Shown here piece after piece: positions 1 through 8,083 of a stretch of 13,500 nucleotides of DNA. The notes below the pieces were generated by a model that had not been told where the DNA came from, ran no database searches, and saw only the letters and a list, made by a program, of their open reading frames with translations. A program made the position numbers and the translations under genes. How positions within the stretch are numbered: the first letter of the stretch is position 1; each line of letters opens with the position of its first letter. The DNA is from Selaginella moellendorffii (taxonomy: Eukaryota > Plantae > Lycopodiophyta): NCBI RefSeq assembly GCF_000143415.4, contig NW_003314554.1, positions 1 through 13,500 of the forward strand, read 5' to 3'.

Positions 1-737
1 CCCCCCCCCCCCCCCCTTTGAGGAACACACGCTTTAGGCTTTCACCCCAAGCCTCCCTTAGTACCAGGAGTTAGTCTTTGGGACAAGCTCAAAACTTACT
101 AAATATGGAATGTTCTTAGATTGCAAATTTGGACATGGGATGAACACTATTGTGTTCAGGCCGATCTCTACATTCCATAGATATGCCAAATGAGCGAATT
201 TAGACACTTTTCATAAATAGCATTTGGGATCGAAATGAGACTAACACAAAGGGCATGATAGCGAGGGTGTTTGGCAGACATGGTAAGCTATCATCTAGCA
301 AATATTAAGGGACTAGTCTCAATATCGCAAGGGTTCCCAACACTAACAAATGCAAGTTAATAAATGAGTTTCTCTAACTAGGTCAAGTATGCTTGACAAA
401 TAGCATGTAGGAATTCCGTCCTTGTGCTCATTTAGTCAAGTGCACACGCAATGACCACTTTCTCAACTAGTTTGGGTGGAGACCATAAAAGGGACCAGCA
501 GTACCAACTTCTTGCCGTTGTGGCAATAAGGAAAGAGTGTCCGTAAGGACTGACAGACAAATATCTTTTGATACCCGAAGTTACATTTGCGACACAATCT
601 CGTTCCCTTTAAGCCAACTGGAAAAAGGGCAATTATTTAATAAAAGATTTTTTAATGGTTATTTTATCCTTATTTATCCCCTAAAGTTCTAAAAATTTAT
701 GGTGATAGTACCAAATCCTATCTTATAATCACATGTG

Positions 738-2111
738 TTACACTATTGTAGTGCATGTGGTTTTCACTTGATTTGTTGGCTCTCTCCAAATATCAAAGAG
801 AATATCAAGTGTTGCTTGTACCGGTGTCAATGGGTTAGTTAGAATAATCCAGTCTAGATCATGAAGGATAAGTTGTCTTAGTGCAAAATAATGGAATTCG
901 TTTACCACAAAGCACTCAATGAGATTATCAATCTCAAGGATGACACTACTAGTGATATTAATCAAATAGAAGAATGCAAAGACTTGTCCCAAAATTACTT
1001 TAGATGTGTTTGCAACAGGGCAATTAGAGTCTTGATGGATATACATCAAGATACGGAATGAAAATGATCTACACTTATCATACTTTGTCGTTAAAAAAGT
1101 ATTTGGAAGCACCACTAGAGAGTTCCTTTAAGACTAGTTCCTAGACTTCACTATCTCTACTATAGTTTTAGAACCCCCTACAGACCCCCCCTCCCCCCCC
1201 CCTCAAAGTAGAGTACCTTAGTAGTATGGATTTCCATGTCTATATGAATCTCTAAGATTTTTCATTTAAAGGTATGCATTGATCTCTACATGATTTGGAT
1301 TTGAAGGCTCAAGAAATGAGCCAACCAATTCACGAGCAAGCCATCCATACCTAAAATGGATTGTCCATCTTGTTTTGCATGGGAAGGAATTGTAATGGAT
1401 ATATCTAAAAAAATTTTCCTTCTAACTCAATTGGGTCAAGAAAGTGGAGGATCATAGGATTGTTCATCGATATAAGATTATCTATGTACCTAAAGGTGTG
1501 TTCAAAAATATGAAGTAAATCATACCAACTTAATCGTGCAAGTCGAGTAAGAAAGTTTTATTCAAGGTAAAAGAGATACAAGTTACACCAAAAAGGCAAG
1601 TAGGAAAAACCTATAGAGATTCCTCGAACCTGTCTCCATACTCTAGTCCCAAGCGAATATATATGTGTCAGATGATGAAGTTATTCAGTTTGATGACTTT
1701 TGTTAGTTCCATTCTAGTAGCTTTTACTAATGAGTAGTGCAAAGGTTTCCATTAAACCTTAAATTCACCATTCTTTTTCTGGATTAGAAAAAGGTTTTTT
1801 TGGAGATGATTTTGGTGTGCGAAAGTTAGATTGACAAAATGCGTTATAATTATTATAAGGCCTTGGTCTCCTTCGAAGGGAATTGCCTTATAGCATTTGG
1901 TTATGTCTCTAGTATAAATCATTGTGATTCTATTGAAGAGATTTATCGCAAACTCTTGTGTAGATTTGAGGATCCAACACACATTTGTTTTTCCTCCAAA
2001 AACCTTTACCCATGCATAGAAATTATCAACCACATTTTGTAATGCTTCTTATATCCATTTTAGGATAGATGTTAGGCAAATTGTGATCCCAAGAAAACAC
2101 ATCCATCTGCA
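738..2111 (-). pseudogene. Degenerate Penelope-like retroelement reverse transcriptase (Naiad/Chlamys-like), 5' part cut off at the LTR junction
   Basis: Minus-strand translation gives RT motifs in order: IYTRDITKCYKAIP (ORF 1752-2033), RVWRQVRGISIGFS...WCNLYL (~1580-1645, QxxGIPMG-like), HTFRYIDNL (~1475-1501, YIDD mutated to YIDN), IYPL, AHFLSLQI, then KYDKCR...DSNCP...GQV (ORF 738-1115, PLE thumb-like YDKR..SNxP). It has several stops and frameshifts and a ~180-bp interruption near 1105-1288. Confidence 0.8.
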
Positions 2112-3834
2112 TGTAAGCAACTAAATTTTCCATTCTACTTTAGTCACTTAACCACACCTCTGACCACTTGGAGGAGTCTCATTCACAACCTCCATAAGTC
2201 CAATCCAGGACTTGGGACTTGCTAGCCCCGAGAATGGCATCCATGCCACTCAACATTTGCACTTGGTCCAAGTGCTCCACGTGTCCGATCCCATGACCGA
2301 CACTCAAAGGTACCACCAACATAGCAGCCCGTTACGCTAAGGCCATGCCCAATCACCTTTGCCACACTGGTAGTCCAATACCACTTGCATCACCGTCTTG
2401 GCTCTCCAAGACTAGGCAAACCATCCGTGAGTGGTCATCTTAGATCCACTCCTTAGCATCCTTAGGATGCCCACCGACAAGGGGAATAGCCTTCCCCAAT
2501 ATCCCTCTGTCAGTCCCCACTAAGTCCCTTTCTGCCCCTGGCCGTGTTTGCCAACACTGCCACTGGATCAAGACCCATAGGCCCGACCACTAAGTCCCAC
2601 GGTCCTCTGGGACTTCCTCACCACACGACTGTGTCCTTGGTCACTACCCCAGAGGACTGCTCCTCTTCCTTTCCACAGTCTGGGCCTTTGGGACAACATT
2701 TCGGAACACCGTGGCCTTACGCGAGCCACCTGGGTACTCTCCTCGCCTTCTACCCTTGGGTGCTCTAGCCATGGGCTTAGAGCGGGTTCCGTTGAGCCAC
2801 ACCAGGTATCCAAGTAGGTAGTGCCACCCACACTTGGACTGGGAGCATCGGCCAGTCGATCTCCCGGGGGAACTAGAGCCGGCTCTTGAACACTTCACCA
2901 AGCTACCCCGCTTGTCGGTCTGTGTTCACTCTAGTCTTGGACTTCCCAGTGGGCAGCTCATCACCCAACACTGGGTCCGGCCTTCCTGGGCCAAACTGGC
3001 CTTTCCTGGCCAAACTGGCTCCACTGCAGTCCTCCCCCTACAATACTTTTGGAGCTCACCAAACCCCCCAGGGTCTGGGAGACGAACGCTTTGGGCTTTC
3101 ACCCTCTCAGACTCGAACTCGGACTCGGACTCGGACTCGGCCTCGGCCTCGGTCTCGGTCTCGGTCCCGATCTCGGTCTCGGTCTCGGTCTCGGTCCCGG
3201 TCTCGGTCTCGACTTCGGACTCCATCTTGGGTCCATCTCGGACTCCATCTCGGACTCCATCTCGGGTCCATCTCGGACTCCATCTCGGACTCCATCTCGG
3301 GTCCATCTCGGACTCCATCTCGGGTCCATCTCGGACTCCATCTCGGACTCCATTTCGGGTCCATCTCGGGTCCACCTCAGACTCCATCTCGGACTCCATC
3401 TCGGACTCCAACTCGGGTCCATTTCGGACTCCACTTCGGACTCCACTCGGGTCCATTTCGGACTCCACTTCGGACTCCAACTCGGGTCCATCTCGGACTC
3501 CACTTCGGACTCCAACTCGGGTCCATCTCGGACTCCACTTCGGACTCCAACTCGGGTCCATCTCGGACTCCACTTCGGACTCCAACTCGAGTCCATCTCG
3601 GACACTCCCACGTGTCATGTGTTGGTCCTTTTGGGTCCCTTTTTGGAGCCTCGCTTTTTGCTCGCTTCGTGCTCGTTCCTCGAGCACTTCATTGGGAGTT
3701 CCACTCCCGCTCTTGACTTTTCAAGTCGGAGCTTTTGGTCCAAACGTGTTACGCTCGTTTGGCTCTTGCTTCGGCCACTACCACGTGGCACCCTTCCGGC
3801 TCCACTTTGGGGCCTAGGGATTTTGTGTCTCACA
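2112..3834 (-). repeat. Putative 3' LTR (~1.7 kb)
   Basis: On the minus strand it begins TGTGAG (3834) directly after the purine tract and ends CTTACA (2112), exactly where the Penelope RT similarity resumes. The partner LTR is not in the window. Confidence 0.6.
3106..3603. repeat. Compound micro/minisatellite inside the LTR
   Basis: (CTCGGN)n hexamers at 3106-~3212, then 12-mer CTCGGACTCCAT and 11-mer CTCGGGTCCAT units, ending in ~5 copies of the 35-mer TCTCGGACTCCACTTCGGACTCCAACTCGGGTCCA (3421-3603). Confidence 0.97.
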
Positions 3835-3848
3835 ACTCCACCACCCAT
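3835..3848 (-). promoter_or_regulatory. Polypurine tract (plus-strand priming site)
   Basis: Minus strand reads GATGAGGACATCG...ATGGGTGGTGGAGT|TGTGAG, a typical chromovirus 3' junction. Confidence 0.6.
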
Positions 3849-3938
3849 AGACGAAGTTCGATGTCCTCATCGAATGGTGAACCATTTTATAAAGTAACAC
3901 CCGCATGTGTTACCATTTCCATCCTTGGCGCGTAGCCA

Positions 3939-4032
3939 ATATTTGTCAATGGTGTGACATTGAAGGCTCACCATGCCTTCTCCATATTCGTCAATGGTTG
4001 GACATTGAAGGCTCACCATGCCTTTTACATAT
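3939..4032. repeat. 45-bp tandem duplication
   Basis: GTCAATGGT..GACATTGAAGGCTCACCATGCCTT occurs at 3945 and 3990. Confidence 0.9.
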
Positions 4033-4936
4033 CCTCTAAGGAGGGTAGTCTCTCCAACTTAGAGACTGATTGGACCACATATAGTGGTTCTCTCCTTTTA
4101 TTGGTTTAGTTCTCGCTAAACCTCTTAGAGACCCTTTTCTAAGTCAATCCCACTATTCCTTCTCGAGTAATCTCAATTTCCATCGATATAACCTTTGCAC
4201 TTTGGAACTTTGAATTTTGACTTCTTGGAGTCAATTTCCTAGGTGTCTCCGACACCTTGCCTTGCACCTTTTGTGCAACTCCACTTCCCATCCTAGGAAG
4301 TTCTCTACTCGAGGGCACCACCATCCTCTCTTCTATTTCGTGCCAAAGTTCCAGTTATCATACTTTGTGCTAGGGCTGTTCATGGCCCTATCATTTGGCT
4401 ACCTTACCGCTCCCTCCCTTGGAGCTTCCACTTTCGCCAAATCAGAGCATTTCGGAATCCCTCCTTGGAAACACACTTCCTTTCCCGCAACTTGTTAGCG
4501 TCCAACACATTAGTGTTCCTCGCCTAACTTTGTCACTTGGATTCCTTCCAAGGGATTCCACGACCCTATCTTGGCCACTCATCTTTTGCTCCTATCCGTT
4601 GATTGTTGCACCAAGCAACATCGAATCTCTACCTCCCTCCTTGAGGTATTGTTTCGGTTCCATAGCAAAGACTCTTCTTTGCTAAGTCCGGAGGATGTTC
4701 ACCCCTAGTACGTCTCTTTAGCATCTTCTGCTATGGGCTCTATCCACGGCCCAACTTCGTGACCCTCCCATGGGTCTTTTATAGAGACTACTTTCCTCGG
4801 ACTCACTATGCCATCGCACGGACATAGTTTATTTCCCTTAGGTGCTCTTCCCACTTGGTCATCATGACCAAGCCACACCACCTTAAACAGTTCAATTTCA
4901 ACATTTTGAACCAGGAACTTCATTCCTTAGCCAACC

Positions 4937-5476
4937 AAGGACCTTGTCCTTATCTAGCCATAAGATCACCTAGTGATCTCACCTTGGCACCTTAACAGAG
5001 TTGCCAAGAGGTACTTGGTCTTCTAGACCTCCAAGTTGTTGACTATAACCCCGGGGGCATCCCCCACACTTGGCGGTGCACCCAAGCCAACCCTTACGGC
5101 CAAGGGTTCATAGCAACTGAGATTAGGTGTCCCCATCTCACTCACCACAACCTTGGTGCCACTTGCACCAAAGCGTTCAAGTTAGATATGCTGAGCTTTC
5201 ACACTAAGCAATCTAACCGTGCATCACGACTCCGAGGCATCCCTCGCTTGGCGGTGTGCCCAAACCAGTCTCCCCACTGAGAGTCCATGACCACCGAAAT
5301 ATGAGTGTCCTCATATTCCAAACCATCACCACGCCCTAGTGATTTGGGACTCGAACCCAAGCACTAGAGGGTCGGGACTCGAACCCAAGCACTAGAGGGT
5401 CGGGACTCGAACCCAACCTCCGTATATGCATCTACGGACGGCATCACACAAGATGCCTGGCGTGACTCCCCACGCC
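4937..5476. other. Dense series of short stem-loops (candidate structured RNA domain)
   Basis: About 19 consecutive inverted repeats, e.g. AAGGAC/GTCCTT 4937-4951, AGATCAC/GTGATCT 4963-4979, CTTGGCA/TGCCAAG 4983-5008, AACCCTT/AAGGGTT 5089-5108, TTGGTGC/GCACCAA 5153-5171, GTTAGAT/ATCTAAC 5181-5217, AATATGAG/CTCATATT 5298-5317, GGCATC/GATGCC 5440-5457, GGCGTG/CACGCC 5459-5476. Confidence 0.75.
5346..5416 (-). repeat. 28-bp tandem repeat (2.5 copies) carrying a tRNA T-loop/B-box motif
   Basis: GGGACTCGAACCCAAGCACTAGAGGGTC at 5346, 5374 and partially 5402; the reverse complement contains GGGTTCGAGTCCC. Confidence 0.9.
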
Positions 5477-7537
5477 GGTGCACCAACTTATTTTTAAAGC
5501 GCGCTACAGATCACAGCTTAGGAACTTAGTTCCCCCACACTGCCAAGTCCTCTCACTTGACATATCTGTGATCATGCATGGGCTTCTCCATGCTTGGCCC
5601 CATGGGCCACCCTTTTTGAAGTTAGCACCTTCAACTAGGGTATTTGTTCCCCCCAACTTGCCAATCTCACTTAGCAAGTCATCCGGCCACCGTAACATGG
5701 TTCATGCATAAGCGTGGAAGTCCTTAACCATCAACTTTCGTTCAAAGCCCTCTTTTTGAACACTCGGGAACTACTTCCCTAACCTTGACAGCCTTGCCTC
5801 ATGGCAAGCTTCAAGACCACGCTTCTGCTGCGCCACTCTGATTTCGCGCGTTCTATGAACCATTTACACTTGGCCTTTCTAGGTACTAAGCTACCTAGAA
5901 TCGTCTTTGGGAACCTTGAAGGAACTCTGTCCCTTAGCTTGCTAAGGCCTCCCTTTTTGCAAGCTTTCCAATTGCCACATAGTCTAACATGGACAATTCC
6001 ATATTTTAGACTCTCCATGGCATCACGGTTGCTAGCGGCAACACCCTCGAGCCCCCACTTGATTCTCCACTCCCAGCTGGCATAACCAACCTTGGTTATG
6101 CCCTTCGATTTCTATGGTTCAGTTCCATCCCAATACTACTTGCCTTTTGGCCCCATATGTTTCCTTTGGTTATTCTCCTCCAGACCAGGAGGATAGCTTT
6201 GCACTTTCTATCATGCCTTAGCAAGTATTCTTAGGGATGTACCTACCCAATAGCCCAAGGAGTGGTTCCTCAATCCGGGTATGCTCACCTTATAATCCCA
6301 CACACTGGGATTACATTGTTGCTTATGGGCCTTTACATGCCCATCACTAGCCTTGCCAAAATTCCATTCTTGGCTTTGTCCAACTCGGGTAGACAGTCCT
6401 CTCCTGTCTCCGCAACCTTGGACATTTGGATAGCACTTTCTATCCATCATTCGCTAGGGACTTAGTCCCTTGGGCTTTATCCATTGCCCTCGCGACATCA
6501 AACACTACCTTCTGGTGTTCTAGAGTGTTCGGGTGTCCCAATGATGGCTTTCTTGACAATGAGTATTTCCTTTTATGACATTGACTTACTATATCGCAAC
6601 ACAAGCAACTTATCCCCCGTAAGGGTGTATCTGACTTCCCTATGCTATTAAGAAGTCTTGGGTAGCTACCTTCTACCCGTTCAACCAGTTATTTTGCACC
6701 TCTTGCTTAGTTGCCTCATAGTTGTCAAGTCCTACAACTCATTGTTTGGTGCTTTCACACCTCCATCATTATCTGGGTCACCACACTCCAACTGCATGCT
6801 CTGCAGCTTAGGCTATGCCATTCCCATTTCTATTAGGATTCCTTTGGCAAGGGGTTCTCATGAACCCACCAACAAAGAAGCTCTATTTCGTTAAAGTGGG
6901 ATTTATTCAGTAAAATGGGACTAGGTACAAATTTTCAAGTATTTGAAAATGACGTGAAATTATATGTTTTTTGTCCAGGGGCTAGACATATCTGGGGCAT
7001 GGTGACTAGCGCGGTGACCTTATGTCCAGACTGAGTCCATCTAGTTGTATAATAAATCTCATTGTCAAGGTGAACAAGCCGAATCTGAAGCTAAAGAAGA
7101 GCGATGGCATGCGTGCACACACTATTTGTTTGTTCATTGAGCGTGTGGTGAGCTTTCCAAGATGAACATCATTCCTATTAGCCAGACATATAACTTAATG
7201 GTGAGAACATTTAGATATTATTCAATGTTATCTTTTTCTAACGAATCTAATTGTGAAGGTGTAGCAAGAGGCATTGCTAGTCTGGAGAAGTCATTTAACT
7301 CATTTGACCCTTAGTGTATTTTCATGAAACTAAATAACATTCATATTATTAAGGAATTTCTCTAGTACCTTTTTTTTACGACATAGAGGCTTGCATTTCT
7401 TTCAAAGGTGATTTAGTAAAAGGCCTGAGGGCACATGCCATTCTATTTCTCAGACCGGTATTAAGATATACTAGTGCAAAGAGAAAAAGGTATTTGGTGA
7501 TCAAGTAAATGGCATGAGGGCACACGCCATTATAAGC

Positions 7538-7811
7538 CTAAGCGCTAGTGGACACCTCCTTTTTGGTACTCTCAGCGGTACTATCATCCTTCTCCGGGTC
7601 AGTTGTTTTGCTTTGGATTGTTGTCTCTGACGTTACTGGGGCGTTCTCGATAGTTGTTAATGTTGCCGTTTGTTCAGAAAAATGATCACCTGGAGTATAG
7701 TACGGGGAGTTTGGAAGACTTATATATTCTACATCTTCACCAATCTCCTTCTCCGTCTCCTTTTCTGCCTCACTTACAGATTTTGTGCTTGCCATGAGAA
7801 CGCTCTTCACC
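7538..7811 (-). other. Candidate downstream exon (acidic, Ser/Thr-rich, ~90 codons)
   Basis: Open frame VKSVLMASTKSVSEAEKETEKEIGEDVE...EVSTSA* is preceded by the acceptor-like ATATTTTAG|G at 7812, with a donor-like GAG|GTAAAA at 7997. No homology recognised. Confidence 0.35.
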
Positions 7812-8083
7812 CTAAAATATGGAGTTCGTTGTGTTATAAAAGGAAACCAACACACACGCTGCAAGGGAATGATGGTACATAAAGCACGTAAGCCCACAAT
7901 ATGGGTTTATGTGCCATTAATATGGGCCACACGCCATATTATTAGATTTATGCACGTGTGATTGGTAAATGCATATGTCACATCATCTTTGTTTTACCTC
8001 ACACACTATATCAAGCCTCCTCTGATTCAGATTCGGATTGTTCACCTTGAAATAAAATACATTAAAAACTTTGTAAAGGAATA

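Larger units (their letters stand above)
2112..6896 (-). mobile_element. Highly degenerate, non-autonomous Ty3/gypsy chromovirus-derived LTR element (3' part)
   Basis: Minus-strand relics are collinear with gypsy pol: LPKTS**HREVRYTL...SMS*KEILIVKK (~6550-6660, ELPxxLPPxRxxxHxI/YRMSxxE), WDYKVSIPGLRN (~6270-6305, YExxVMPFGLxN), KAKCKW, PCMITDMS (TDAS-like), PRKVVSIKDP (IVSDRD-like), RKLTPR and VSKLE (GPY/F region), IDK/ILATR...YFIKW (chromodomain-like, ~3880-3950). These are followed by a PPT and TG..CA LTR. Individual motifs are weak and spacing is not fully canonical; order and orientation carry the call. Confidence 0.7.

Noticed and set aside
1-737. Hammerhead ribozyme or extra ORF associated with the Penelope-like element
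   Set aside because: No CTGANGA…GAAA core was found by eye; the minus-strand frames have stops and no recognisable motif.
2834-3897. Six overlapping ORFs up to 327 aa (RS-, SD- and GL-rich)
   Set aside because: They are by-products of a stop-poor satellite that is open on both strands.
5334-5416. tRNA gene
   Set aside because: Only a T-arm-like hairpin is present; no cloverleaf, D-arm or anticodon arm.
5458-5477. TGGCGTG-N6-CACGCC as an extra copy of the transposon palindrome
   Set aside because: It lies in the LTR element's hairpin series, lacks the outer AT pairs and the GGCC-type centre, and is probably coincidental.
6500-6894. Plus-strand integrase-like peptides (PSGVLECSGVP…, LGYAIPISIRIPLARG…)
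   Set aside because: The minus strand of the same DNA matches the gypsy RT start better and agrees with the PPT/LTR orientation; treated as chance.
6991-7045. Helitron-like 3' end (imperfect hairpin then CTAG|T)
   Set aside because: The hairpin is long and poorly paired, and no Rep/helicase or 5' TC end is identifiable.
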